Assembly: GCF_963921235.1 (NCBI RefSeq)
Contig: NC_086115.1
Span: 23,932,001-23,996,000 of the forward strand
DNA length: 64,000 nucleotides
Direction: 5' to 3'
From: Mobula hypostoma
Lineage: Eukaryota
Part shown: positions 13,116 to 25,572 of the stretch, one piece after another
Position numbering within the stretch: the stretch's first letter is position 1
Layout of the letters: every line of letters begins with the position of its first letter
Position numbers and translations under genes: made by a program
The notes under the pieces: generated by a model
What the model was told of the DNA's origin: nothing
The model's input: only the letters and a program-made list of their open reading frames with translations
Database searches by the model: none

Positions 13116-13199
13116 TATCAGGTTTGTTTAATTCATCCACGTGATATACTAAGCCCAGCATTTAATGTCTATTCCTGCTTGCCCTTGGCTTGGTACAGC

Positions 13200-15125
13200 A
13201 ACTCTTCTGTCCAGGACCACAAGTAACTGCAGAGAGTTGTGGGCACAGCTCAGCCCATCTCAGGAACTACCCTACCCTCCCCCCCACAATGGACTCTGTC
13301 TACACTTGTAAAGCAACCACATAACCAAAGGCCCAAGCCACCCCAGATATTCTCTCTTCTTCCCTTTCCCACCGAGCACAAGATACAAAAGCCTGAACGC
13401 ACGTACCACAAGGCTCAAGGATCCTTTCTATCCCACTGCTGTCAGAGTCACGAATGGACCTCATACACAAGATGGACTCAGCCTCACAATTGACCTCATT
13501 ATGTTGTTGCACTTCATTGCTTACCTGCACGGAACTTTTTCAGTCGCTTTTTCATGAGATCCGAAATCTACTGAGGGCAGACCAGCGGCGTTCAAGTCTG
13601 ACGACCAGGAAAGTTACAAGAGGTCCAGGTGCGATCACCGGAAAGGCATCTCAGGAGCATGGTGGCAAGTCCAGACTAAACTCAAATCAATGAAGGATGC
13701 TTAACAGTTGTGTCAGGGCTTGAATACTATCTTCTCCTATAAAGTAAAATCAAGTGACATAGGTGACAACAAGGTTTCACTTCCAGATGAGCTCAATGCC
13801 TTCTGTCCACGCTTTGACCATCAAAACATGAGGAACCATCACAGTCCCACAGTCCTGATGACCCTGTGATTTCAGTCTCTAAAGCTGATGTGAGAGTAAA
13901 AATCCACAGAAAGCATCTGCTCTAGACAGGGCACCTGGCCAAGTACTGAAAACCTGTGCTGATCAACTGACTAGAGTGTTCACTGAGATCTTTAACCTCT
14001 CACTTCGGCAGTCTGAGGTACCCACCTGCTTCAAGCAGATTTCACTTATACCCGTGCCTAAGAAGAACATGGTAACCTGACTCAATTACTATCGCCCAGA
14101 AGCACTTACATTGACAGTGATAAAGTGTTTTGAGAGGGTGGTGATAAACCATGTAAATGCTGCCCGAGAGGTGACTTGGATCCGCTCCAATTTGCCCACC
14201 GGCGCAACAGGTCCACAACAGATACCATCTCTTTGCTCTTTACTCAACACTGGAATATCTGCATAGCAAAGATGCATAGATCAGGATCCTTTTTATTGAC
14301 TGCAGCTCAGCATTCAATATCACCATCCCCTCATAACTAATCAATAAGTGTTAAGCCTTTGGCTTCAATACCTCCTTGAACAACTGGATCCTTAATTTCC
14401 TCATTTGCAGATCCCAGTCAGTTTGAATTGGCAACAACGTCTCCTCCACAATCTCCATCAGCACAGATGCAGCACAAGGCTGTGTGCTTACCTTCCTACT
14501 CTACTCACTTTACACTTAGGACTGTGTGGCTAAGCACAACTCCAATTCCAGCTTTAAGTTTGCTGATGACACTACTGTCATTGACTGAATCAAAGGTGGT
14601 GACAAATCAGCAAGTAGGAGGGAGATTGAAGATCTGGTTGAGTGGTGCCACAACAACAACTCAACTTCAGCAAGATCAGGTAGCTGGTTATTGACCTCAG
14701 GAGGAGGAAACTGGAGGTCCATGAGCCAGTCCTCATCAGGGGAATCAGAGACAGAGAGGGTCAGCAACTTTAAATTCCCCAGGGTTATCATTTCAGAGGA
14801 TCTGTTCTGGGCCCAGATCATAAGTGAAATTACGTCCTTAGGAGTTTGCTGAACTGAACTGTTCACTGAACCGTTCCCACAGCCAATGGACTCACTCCAA
14901 GGACTTATCAGCTCATCTTCTCCATATTTATTGCTCACTTATTTATTATGTTTTTCTGTCTTTTTGTATTTGCACAGTTTGTTGTCTTTTGCACTCTGGC
15001 TCTGCCCTGTTGGTCTGGTCTTTCCTTACTTCTATTTCATTGAGTACGCCCGCAAGAAGATAAGATGAATTTCGGGTTGTATATGGTAACATGTATGTAC
15101 TTTGATAATAAATTTGCTTTGAACT
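13200..15125 (+). mobile_element. Rex1/Babar LINE fragments
   Basis: Collinear with the 11030-12830 copy in opposite orientation (gatgagctcaatgccttct, aagtttgctgatgacact, tail gataataaatttgctttgaacttt). Confidence 0.82.
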
Positions 15126-15186
15126 TTCTTATTGTTTTACCTCAATGCACTGTGTAATGATTTGATCTGTATAAATAATATGCAAG

Positions 15187-15679
15187 TGTCAGTACCTCCA
15201 GCTGAACTCTCTCTTTTTGTGTGTCTTCCTCTAGCCGTCAGTCTGTGGTTTTGTATGGCCAGGTGCTCCTGTCCCCGTTCCTGCTCTACTCCGGTCCCTG
15301 TATTACTGAGTACTCTGTCTCTCACCTGTTTCTCATTATTACCTGTATTGCTGCCACCTCTGTCTCTTTGTGCTCCACCTATCATCTGCCTCTCTGTTTA
15401 TTGTTCAGTGTATTTCAGTCCCGTGTTTTCACCTGTCTGTTGCCAGATTGTGCCAGTGAATTTTCCTGAGCCTATCCAGCATTCGTATCTGAACTCTATC
15501 CGTCTGAATATCGACTCTTCCTGTTTCCTGATTCTGGTTTTTGGATCTCTCTGGATGTTTTGATCTCTGCCTGAACTTTGATGCCAACTTTGTTTGCACA
15601 TTGGGGTTTGTTACTCAATTAGTATCACTGTGTGCACAGTACTGGGTCTGCGATGGATCCCTGCTCCAGTGTCCTGACA
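15187..15679. mobile_element. Solo LTR (493 bp) with 5-bp TSD
   Basis: TGTCAG...CTGACA termini (TG..CA, 6-bp inverted ends); direct repeat GCAAG at 15182-15186 and 15680-15684. Confidence 0.88.
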
Positions 15680-16476
15680 GCAAGACAAACTGTTCACTGT
15701 TCTTTGTACATGCAACAATCATAAAACAATTCCAATTCCAATCCCTTGCATTGAGTGGCTTGCTAAACCATTTCACTTCAGAGCCAAACATATTTCTGTG
15801 AATCTGGAGTTAAGAATATAAGAAACAAAAGCAGGTGATCTGACTGCTGTTTCTCTGAATAGATCATCACTGATCATTTACCACAAGCATCACTTTCCTC
15901 TCCAACCCCATTTTAATTCCATTCAGTCATATATTAAAAACCTCTCTGTGCTAAATACTCAGTGACTGAAATGCTCTTGGATGGAGAATTCCAAAGAGCC
16001 AGTAACTCCAGGATGAAGGAATTGTGTTCTCTGCTATACAGCCCAGTGGCAGAACAGTTACAGTGCCAGTGATTACCTCAATTCCCTCAACCCTCTGCAA
16101 GGAGTTTCTGCATATAATGAGGAGACCAGAATCATCTTACTTGCCTCTGCTTCCACCCCTGTCAGTGGGTTCCAGGCACCTGCCACTCTCAGTGTAGAAA
16201 ACCTTGTCCTACACATCTGTTTGAACTTCACCCCCTCTCACCTTAAATGCATGCCCTCTACTAGCAGATATTTTGACCCTGGCGGTCTGGCAGTCTGTTT
16301 TATCAATGTTTCTCATGACCATATCTCCCTGTACCCTTTGCTGCACCAGAGCAAACAGCCCAAGTTTTTCTCTCTTCATATCATGTACCCCTAATCCAGA
16401 CAGCATCCTGGTAGGTCTCTTCTACACCCTCTCCAACACCTCAACATTCTTCCTATAAATGGCAATGAGAATTAAA

Positions 16477-17033
16477 TGTGAAACACTCTGGGTCCGCCGG
16501 CTGTGTAAGTCTAGGGAAGACAATCTCCGGCCCAACCAAACATGTGAGATTGAGGTGCAAGCCCCCAAGCCCCCTGTTTGTATGGATGCTGCGTGATTCA
16601 TAACCCTGTTACAAATAAGTGCGACGAAATAACAGACAGTACACCCCATACAATCAAACGATTTAGCTTTATAATTCTTAATTTGGCTAAAGGGTTAGTA
16701 AAGAAAAAGCAAAAAGAAAAGGGCCCATTTTAATGAAACAGTCTAATGTGCACAAGTTGGAGCTCACGGTTTCCCCTTCACTAATCCTCCTTCGATCTCC
16801 CTGGCCTTTGTCGAATCACGGCCCTGCTCCCCTTCTGTCTGGGTTCTTCTCCCTTTATCTCCCGCCAAACAAAAGACCCAGCTCACCTCAGTCTCTGGCA
16901 CACAACACAAAAACACACTCCCTTCATTGGATGGCTCACATTCCAAAGCTCCCATTATCTTTAACCATAACCCAAACACTGCTTCTGCAGGAAGACCATT
17001 ACATTAGCGGTGAAACCTTTCCCAGGGCGTTAC
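16477..17033 (-). mobile_element. Probable solo LTR
   Basis: Inverted ends tgtgaaacactctggg / cccagggcgttac; interrupts the CR1 cleanly; shares blocks (aaagggc..att..a..aaac..tctaa..tg.gcaca..ttggagctca) with the LTR at ~39060-39649. Confidence 0.65.
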
Positions 17034-17518
17034 TAATGCAATGTTCAAGATGTGGCCCAACTAGAGATGTATAAAGCTGCTACGTAATCTCCCATGACAG
17101 TCCTGATGAAGGTTCTCAGCCCAAAACAACAACTGTTTATTCATTTCCATAGGTGCTGCCTGAACTTTGGAGCTCGTACTGCATTTTGTGTGTGTTGCTC
17201 TGGATTTCCAGCATCTGCAGAATCTTTTGCGCTTACATAACTTCCTGGCTTTTGAACTCAATGCCTGAACAAATGAAGGCACACATGCATTACACCTTCT
17301 TTACCGTTCTCCTAATTTGTGTAGCCACTTTCAGGGAGATAAGGACTTGGGTTCCTAGATCTCCCTTTACATTCACACTCGTAAGGGCCCTGCCATTAAC
17401 TGTGTACTGTCCGTGTGATCTCCCAAAGTGCAACACTTCACACTGGCTGAATTAAACTCCATCTGCCATTCCTCCACTCATAGTTGAACTGATCTATATC
17501 CTGTTGTATCTTTTACAC

Positions 17519-18438
17519 CAGCCATTCTCAACGGGGGCCATATGCCCCCCTTGGGCGCTCTGGTACGTTTGAAGGGGCCACTGACTGAAAACTGTGAGAA
17601 GGGGAGCCCCAAGGGTTTATGAGGGCACTGGTAACTGAACCGATGAAATACCAAAGCAGCAACCTTCATTGGAGTCAATAGTTTCCCTCCTATTTATAAT
17701 ATCTTTCCAACACACCATATGAATTTGGCGCACCTGGTAAATTCATTACTTAAGCTCCTCCCACACAGCCTCACTGAAGGATAATGACCTTACCGTTTAT
17801 GTGAAACATCTCAAGCAGATACACAAGGTTATGCAAGAAAGACTTAATGACCTGTTAAACCTCGGTATCCCGGATTGGATTTTGAATCCATTTGAAGTAC
17901 AACCCACCCAAGTTGAGGCAGAAATTCAAAACAGCTTGATTGATCTTCAGAGTGATATGACTGCACATCATCAGTTCAGTCAGTTTCAAAAAGATTTTTG
18001 GATCAAGAGTGATCTGATGAATAAATTTACAACACTGTGGGAAAAAGTCCAAAGATTGTCTATTGCCTTTCCCTCGACATATTTGGTTGAGAGCGGATTC
18101 TGCAAGGTAGTTTCCTTGAAAAAATCCAGGAACAGAATTGATATCGCAACAAGAGGTGACCTCCGGCTGTCCTTGTCTAATTTGGAGCCCCATATCATGA
18201 AACTTGCAGAAAAGCACCAAGCTCAAGGATTGCATTAGGCCTGATAGATGTTTAATTTCATACAATCTTTTTTTAAGTTTTTGTCCAGTATGTCGGAATG
18301 TTCAAGTTTTCTTGGTGTTCAATAATAAATGATTTTCTGTCTATCTGTTCGTGTTGTATCCCCGTTTGAAAAGGGGGCCCTGAAACCTGAGAAGAGCTCC
18401 TACGAGGGCCGTGGCCAAAAAACGCTTCAGAATCACTG
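17519..18438 (+). mobile_element. hAT (Buster/Charlie-type) internally deleted DNA transposon, 920 bp
   Basis: Perfect 8-bp TSD TTTTACAC (17511-17518, 18439-18446; fits nnnTAnnn); imperfect TIRs cagccattctcaac / gcttcagaatcactg; carries a transposase C-terminus. Confidence 0.93.
17801..18238 (+). pseudogene. hAT transposase C-terminal (dimerisation-domain) remnant
   Basis: WILNPF...FW...FPSTYLVESGF...RNR...DLRLSLS..EPHI..L..KHQAQGLH*, typical of Buster/SCAND3/ZBED5-like transposases; no N-terminus or ATG start. Confidence 0.85.
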
Positions 18439-18772
18439 TTTTACACTACCCACAACATCACCATTCTTTGAATGATCTTACAAACTTGCTAACCCACTCC
18501 TTCACAATACCTCCCTCTTATGCTCCTGTTTTTGCTGATTCAGGTCTCCTGTCTTTCAAGGTGACATTCTCCAGAAGCCCAGCCAGCTCCCATGTGTCTT
18601 CAGAACCCAGTCCATAAATAAAACTAAAACACAGCAAATGGTGTAAATCTGAATTAAGGAAAACCAAAGGTGTTGATTACACTCAGTCAGCACCTGTGGA
18701 AAGAGAACTAGGCCCCTTTACAGGTTTGAAATCCTTCATCAGACCCAGAGAAACAGGGGACCAAAAGACAAT

Positions 18773-18960
18773 GCACACAGACAAAACGCTGGAGGAACTC
18801 AGCAGGTCAGGCAGCATCTATGGAGAGAAATAAAAGAGACGTTTCGAACAGAGTCCTGAAAAGTCAACGGTTCATTCCTCTCCATCTGGTATCTGAGCCC
18901 TTCCAGCATTTTTTTTGTATTTTGCTCTGAACTTCCAGGATCTGCAGACTCTCTTGTGTT
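18773..18960. repeat. Inverted pair of Penelope-type tails (degraded)
   Basis: gctggaggaactcagcaggtcaggcagcatctatgga ... ccttccagcattttt. Confidence 0.65.
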
Positions 18961-19854
18961 AACAAGAAGACAGGTTAGTTTTAGATTGCAGCGAGGGTAG
19001 AACAGATGAAAGGATTAAGGAAATATCTAAAAGAGTGGGTCAATATTGATGATAAACCATAGAAGATATCATTAAACCAGCGAACAGATGCTTTCTCCCA
19101 TGGCTTATCCCTACTACTGCTATTAGCCAATGGAAATGCTGTAATAGAAGTTGGGACAATAGTGTTAGCTTTCTCATTAAGCATAGCATTTTTAATTTAT
19201 TATTTGTACTCTACAGCTTAATTAGAACTAAACTGAGCAAACTGTAAGCTTGTACTATAGCAAAATTAACACCTGGAGCAAATTGTCAGTCAGTTAATGT
19301 AATTTTACTTTGCAACATCAATATTTTTGCCTCCAGAGCTCCCCAAATAAGAGTCATTTGCTTTGAAAATGGAATAAATTAGCATTTTATTTTTTTATGA
19401 ACTGGGTCAATATTCAATCTCCATCACAATTTACTGCATAACTCACTAACAAATCAAAAGTGGAGTTGCTTTGAAATATTGGTTTTCTAAAAATATTATT
19501 TCATTAGCAAGCATGGGACACAGGCAGCCAATCATAAGGCAATTGTGCCCTGTAATATTTCTCAAAGCTAATGAAGAGCTTAGTCAGTATAAATGTTGAA
19601 AGACCTCTAATGTAGCTGTGAAGATTTTGACTTGTGTGAAAAATGACTAATAGAAAAGATTCTTTTCACAGCCTCTGCACACATTGAAAGCCACAATAAT
19701 TGAGAAGAGACATTTCTGGGTTTGGAAGAGCAGCTCTCACAAGAAAAAAAAGGTGCCTTGGAGAGCTTTCATTTATTGAAGGAATAACAATGGAGTGACT
19801 TTCTTTCCAAGAAAGTACAGGCATTCTAAATATAAAAATACACAAAACTGGGAT

Positions 19855-21170
19855 GTAAGACTACAAGACATAGGAGCAGGATTAGGCCATTCAGTCCATC
19901 CAATCTGGTCCACCATTCCATCATGGCTGATTTATTATCCCTCTCAAACCCATTCTCCTGCCTTCTCTCTATATCCTTTGATATTATTACTAATCAAAAG
20001 CCTATTCATCTCTGCTTTAAATATACTTGGCCTGCACAGCCGTCTGTGGCAATGAATTCTACGAGTTCACTACCCTCTGACTGAAGAAATTTCACCTTAT
20101 CTCTATTCTAAATGGATATGATCCTATTCTGAAGCTGTATCCTCTAGTCCTAGACTCCCACACTAAAGGAAACATCCTCCACATCCACTCTATCTATGCC
20201 TTTCAATATTCGACGGGTTTCAATGAGACCCCTCCCCCTCAATTCTTCTAAAATGCAGAGAATACAGGCCCAGAGTCACCAAATGCTCCTCATATATTAA
20301 CCCTTTCATTCCCATTGTCATGAACCTCCTCTGGACACTCTCCAATGTCAGCACATTTTCTCCTAGATAAGAGACCCAAAGCTGCTCGCAATACTCAAAG
20401 TGCGGTCTGACCAATGTTTTTTAAAGCCTTAGCATTACATCCTTGCTCTTATATTCAGGTCTTCAGACCTTATATTCAGGTCTTCTCAAAGTTAATGCTA
20501 ATATTGACATTGTCTTCCTTACCACCGACACTCAACCTGCAAGTTAACCTTTAGGGAATCCTGCACAAGGACTCATAAGTACCTTTACGCCTCTGATTTT
20601 TGAATTTTCTCCCCACTTACAAAATAGTCTATGCCTTTATTCCTTCTACCAAAGCGCATGATTATACACTTTCCTGCACTATATCGCATCTGCCACTTCT
20701 TAGCCCATTCTCCCAATTTAAGTTCTTCCGCAAGCTCCCTACTTCCTCAACTCTGCCTGCCCCTCATATCACCTGCAAACTCGATCACAAAACCATCAGT
20801 TCCATCATCCAAATCATTGACATATGACATGGAAAGAAGTGGTCCCAACACTGACCCCTGTGAAGCACCTCTAGTCACCGGCAGCCAACTAGAAAAGGTT
20901 CCCTTTATTCCCACTCTTTGCCTTCTTCCAGCGAGTAAACCTTTTACCCATGCAAGTATCTTTCCTGTAGTACCATGGGCTCTTACCTTGTTAAGCAGCA
21001 TCATGTGCAGCACCTTGACAAAGGTCTTCTGAAACCATGCTGACTTTAGCCTATCTTATCATGTGCCTCCAACTACCCCAAAACCTCATTCTTAATAACA
21101 GACTCCAACATCTTCCCAAACACTGAAGTTAGGCTAACTAGCCAATCATTTCCTTTATTTGGTTTCCTCC
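19855..21170 (-). mobile_element. CR1 LINE RT and 3' end
   Basis: Minus ORFs VRPHFEYCEQLW, GASQGSVLGPLL..YVNDLD..EFAGD; tail (cttatgg-like) at ~19855. Confidence 0.9.
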
Positions 21171-21183
21171 AAGATTCACCCCA

Positions 21184-21370
21184 GCAACACACACAAAATG
21201 CAGAAGGAAATCAGCAGGTCAGGCAGCGTCTATGGAAATGAATAAACAGAGACCATTTATCAGGACATTGTCCCAAAATGTCAACTATTTATTCATTTTC
21301 ATAAATGCTGCCTGACCTGCTGAGTTCCTCCAGCATTTTGTGTGTGTTGCTCTGGATTTCCAGCATCGAC
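21184..21370. repeat. Inverted pair of Penelope-type tails
   Basis: gcaacacacacaaaatgc...cagcaggtcaggcagc mirrored by gctgcctgacctgctg...gcattttgtgtgtgttgc. Confidence 0.85.
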
Positions 21371-21944
21371 AGAATCACCTACGTTCAAGATTCACCACAG
21401 TCAGTTGGGTGGACCAATCCTATTATAACCTTTTGTGATCAAAATCATAAGCCAATTAACTCCTGGAAAAATAGGAGCATTTCTCTTCCATGTGTAAAGA
21501 CCTGCTTTGAGTCAAACTCTGCAGAATTAAGTCAGTAATAGATGTCAAATAAAATCATAACTGAAATAGTAATCACTATTCGCACACTTCATTCTTTTTA
21601 TCACTAAGCACACAGGATTACTGGTGCAACAGAAGAACATGTCGCCAATAGGGATAAATTTATTACTTAACATATCCCAGTAAATTCATGACCGATCAAT
21701 GTCTGTACCACTTAATGACAACAAGAACTCCTACTGGTATATTCCCTTTACCAGGGCAAGAAATTTCACAGGACTTCAACAAAATCATTGCTGCTAAATG
21801 ATATAAGCTGACCTTCAGGCAGATATCCAAATGCTGGCGAAAGAGATGAATTTTAATGGAATGAATTAGAGGAGGAAGAAGTGGTTTAGGGAGAGAAATC
21901 CAGTGCCTAGGCACCAGCAGATGAGGGCACAGACACTGATGACA

Positions 21945-22096
21945 CGATGGCGTAGGGGTTAGCTATCAATTTACAGCACCAGTGATCAGGGTTTGATCCT
22001 TAATGCTGTCTGTAAGGAGTTTGTACGTTCTCCCCATGTCCACGTGGGTTTCCTCTGGGTGCTCTGGTTTCCACCCACATTCCAAAGACGTACCTG
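21945..22096 (+). mobile_element. V-SINE (HE1-like) 5' part
   Basis: tRNA-like head plus V-domain ggagtttgtacgttctccccatgtccacgtgggtttcctctgggtgctctggtttcc. Confidence 0.8.
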
Positions 22097-22654
22097 TAGT
22101 GTTCTTGTGCAGTGTGTTGAAACTCTGACTAAACACCAAGTTAAACCGGAGCCAATGAAGACAGAGTGGTAGTAAGGTTAAGCATTTACTGTTCATTCTT
22201 CCACATTAACATCGTATGGTGAAAACTGTTGATAAAAAAATACAAACATATACAGCGTCTGTTTCATTCTGGAGACAACGTGTGCTCTCTTCGTTAAACT
22301 GTAACTTAATTATCAACCTTTAACTTTAACTAGAAAATAGTTACAAACAAATCATTTAAAGCATAGACCCAACAAAGTCAAATAAGTGCCTTAAGGCAAC
22401 ACAGTACCAGTTAGGGTTAGTGTGGTGTGGGCACACTATGTTGGTTCCGGAAGGGTGACAACACCCGTGGGCTGCCCCCAGCAGCTCATTAACACAAACG
22501 AAGATTTTCACTGCATGTTTCAGTGGTCTGATGTACATGTGACAAATAAAGCCTAACTTTATCTTTAATTTCGGCAATGAAAGTTGGAAAGCGGCAGGAG
22601 GCCAGAAATGGAGGAGCACAGAGGTCAGAGGCTGGAGGAGATTATGGAGCTGAA

Positions 22655-22945
22655 ACAGACTGAGGCCTTTAAGGACTGCCTGGTGAAGGAAGCCATTGAA
22701 ATAAAACTAGGGGAAAAGAATTTTAACAAAGACAAAGGTGTCATCTTAAGTGGGAACTGGAATTTGAATGTGAACAAAGTGGGAGAGTGGATGAGGACTA
22801 ACTGAACAGGAGGGATGGACTTCGAGGGTATAGATGCCACCGGACTAGACATGCCCGGGCATCATCCCTGAAGAAGAAGGTAGAGTTTGTCATCGAAACG
22901 TCGGTTATAATCGATACCTGTACCCAGCTGGAAGCTCAATAAGGG
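22655..22945 (+). mobile_element. Penelope-like element 3' end (GIY-YIG C-terminus plus hammerhead motif)
   Basis: ORF 22584-22805 LVKEAIEIKLGEKNFNKDKG..LSGNW resembles the end of PLE endonucleases; followed by ctgaaga...gaaacgtc. Confidence 0.75.
22868..22902 (+). ncRNA. Minimal type I hammerhead ribozyme motif (PLE-associated)
   Basis: CUGAAGA - helix II (GAAGGUA/UGUCAUC, one mismatch) - GAAA-CG-UC; flanked by a weak helix I (aucc/gguu). Confidence 0.6.
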
Positions 22946-23880
22946 TTTGGTTGCCTGGTGGCACTCCTTCTGAGGATAGCTGGTGGCCTAAGAACTTCAC
23001 CTCCAACTTTGCAAATTCGCATTTCTTTTTGTTCAGAGTGATTCCAGTCCGTTTCAGTTTCTCCAAGGCAGCTTCCACTCTTTTGTGATGTTCCTCACTT
23101 GAGCCTCCGAAGATGAGTATATAGTCCATGTGGCAGACTACTCTTCCCAGCCTCTATGAAATTTGGTTCATCCTCATCTGAAAGAGTTCAGGGGCTGATA
23201 AGATGCTAAAAGGGAGTCTCCTGAAGGCAGACTGTCCATATGGTGTGATAAAGGTTGTCAGCTTCTGTGACTCAAGAGCTAAACAGATCTGCCAGAACCC
23301 TAAGTTTTGTGAAGAACTTTGCTTCACCTAACATACCCAATGTGTGTTCAACAGAAAGCAAAATAAACTTCTCCAACCTCACTGCATTAATCAATTTCAT
23401 TAAGTCAGCACAGATCCTCACTGTGTCATCTGACTTGGGAACAGGTACACCAGTCAGTAGATCCATTCACTCTAATTATGATGTCAAGCACATCCAGTCT
23501 CTTAAGTTCAGCTTTGACTGGGACTGGTAGTTGCCGTGCTGTGGTCAGAAAGCAGGATGTCACTCCAGGCCTCAGCTGGATAAGGTACTCTTCTTTCAAT
23601 ACCCCCAGGCATGTGAACAACCCCCAAGTACTCCTCCTGCCACTGAACATTGTTTAGCAAATCCAACAATGCAATGAGGTTCAGCTTCTTGATGGCTTGT
23701 CATCCCAGTGGAGGTGAGAAGAGATTCTGAACAAGATAGACATCCTGTTTGAACTGCTTCTCATTTTGACAGATGCAAGTAGTAAACATTCCTTTCACAC
23801 CGACCTTAAGTTTCTCTGGCCTCATGAGCACTTTCTTTGTTGGGTTTAGCATAATGGGGATGTCACTTGTTTTCGAAGCT
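22945..23880 (-). mobile_element. Gypsy LTR retrotransposon pol (RT) fragment; LTR-like sequence at ~22113-22400
   Basis: VPVPKSDDTVRICADLMKLINAV and HMDYILIFG..EEHHKRVEAALEKL...LNKKKCEF..EVKFLGH (Gypsy RT); frameshifted. Confidence 0.88.
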
Positions 23881-23979
23881 CACTATGACCTTGCCATATC
23901 TTACTTGGCTAGCTTCCTCCATCCTTAACATTCTCCTGCAGTCCCAGTCTCCTGCACGTTTTATTTCATCTGCCATTTA

Positions 23980-24585
23980 GACTATAAGACCATAAGACAA
24001 AGGAACAGAAGTTGGCCACTCGGCCCATTGAGTCTGCTCCACCATTTTATCATGAGCTGATCCATTCTCTCATTTAGTCCCACTCCCCCACCTTCTCATC
24101 ATAACCTTTGATGCCCTGGCTACTCAGATACCTATCAACCTCTGCCTTAAATACACCCAATGACTTGGCCTCCACTGCTGCCCGTGGCAACAAATTCCAT
24201 AGATTCACCACCATCTGACTAAAAAAATTTCTTCGCATTTTTGTTCTGAATGGGCGCCCTTCAATCCTTAAGTCATGCCCTCTCGTACTAGACTCCCCCA
24301 CCATGGGAAACAACTTTGCTACATCCACTCTGTCCATGCCTTTTAACATTCAAAATGTTTCTATGAGGTCTCCCCTCATTCTTCTAAACTCCAAGGGATA
24401 CAGTCCAAGAGCAGACAAACGTTCCTCATATGTTAACCCTCTCATTCCCGGAATCATTCTAGTGAATCTTCTCTGTACCCTCTCCAATGTCAGCACATCC
24501 TTTCTTAAATAAGGAGACCAAAACTGCCCACAGTACTCCAAGTGAGGTCTCACCAGCACCTTATAGAGCCTCAACATCACATCCC
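23980..24585 (-). mobile_element. Young CR1 LINE 3' end
   Basis: Near-intact ORF2 C-terminus LYKVLVRPHLEYCGQFWSPY...RRMRGDLIETF / TRGHDLRI..RRNFFSQ; (cttatgg)-type tail. Confidence 0.93.
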
Positions 24586-25572
24586 ATTGGAGAAGTTCCT
24601 TCAGATACTAAGGCCCTTGGCTCAGTAACTCCCTCCATAAACTTCCCCGGCTCACCAGCTCTCACTCGAAGCACAAAGGTCAATCGAAGGTCTGGATTGA
24701 AGCCTGAAGTTCAACTGGAGGTCTCAATCAAAGCTTGATGATCAATATGGGATCCAGATTGAAGTCTGTAGATCGATCAGAGGTACAAAATTGAAACCCA
24801 AAGGTTAATCAGAAGTCCAGAAGTGGAGGACCAATGGCCGGAGCCTGGGTCTGCAAATCGCTGGAGAGGTCCAGGCCCAGTGTCTGCAAATCCACGAGCT
24901 TTCTGAAGGCCAAAGAAGGTGGTTTGCCCTGGGGTTAGAGGACTGTGTCTATGCATTAGGGAGGGAGGATCAGGGCTTGTTTTGTTGTGTTCTGTGTTGT
25001 TCTGCCAAACATGGTGGGCATGTTATATTGGTGCTGTATCGTGTGGTGCTACTTGCGAGCTGTCCCCAGCACATCCTTGGCTGTGTTGGTTGTTAATGAT
25101 GCACTTCATTGTATATCTTGATGTACACATGGTAACTAAATCATTACCTAGTGGCTCCAACTATTGATGGGAGAGCACTGTGCCAAGACCCCTTTCATTC
25201 TATGCCCATTGGATTAACTAAGTGAAAGAGACAGTGGTACAGGATTATAAAGAGTAAACTTGAATTACCTTTCCTGCTTTATTTCAGAATAAAGTCAAGT
25301 TCACCAGTTTAGTGCGCAGTTGAACAGAGCTTAACACACAATAACTGAAGAAAATAATGTCAAGCAAAGAAGTTTGTCACTGCTAAAATAAATCACATAT
25401 CCAGAAGCTATTAGAAACCAAATTTCAAAGGAGAAACAAAATGTTTCCAGAGTGTGGCACTTAATGTCAGTTATAGGCTTATTGAATCAGGAGAGAAATA
25501 ACATGAAGCTTTGATGTGTTTTAAGTTACTGGACTGCTTCATTTGCTGAAAAGTTGCAAATGGAGTTAAATA

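Larger units (their letters stand above)
16110..18520 (-). mobile_element. CR1 LINE 3' half hosting three nested insertions
   Basis: CR1 sequence (minus ORF 16209-16406 KLGLFALVQQRVQGDM) resumes after each insert at ~17034, ~17238 and 18447. Confidence 0.75.

Noticed and set aside
17801-18238. Domesticated ZBED5/SCAND3-like host gene
   Set aside because: Lies inside TIRs and a TSD, is nested in a LINE and lacks the N-terminal and catalytic regions.
25269-25344. Minus-strand AG...GT segment (ttttcttcAG ... AAG|GTAATT)
   Set aside because: Stops in all frames and a weaker donor; expected by chance in 64 kb.
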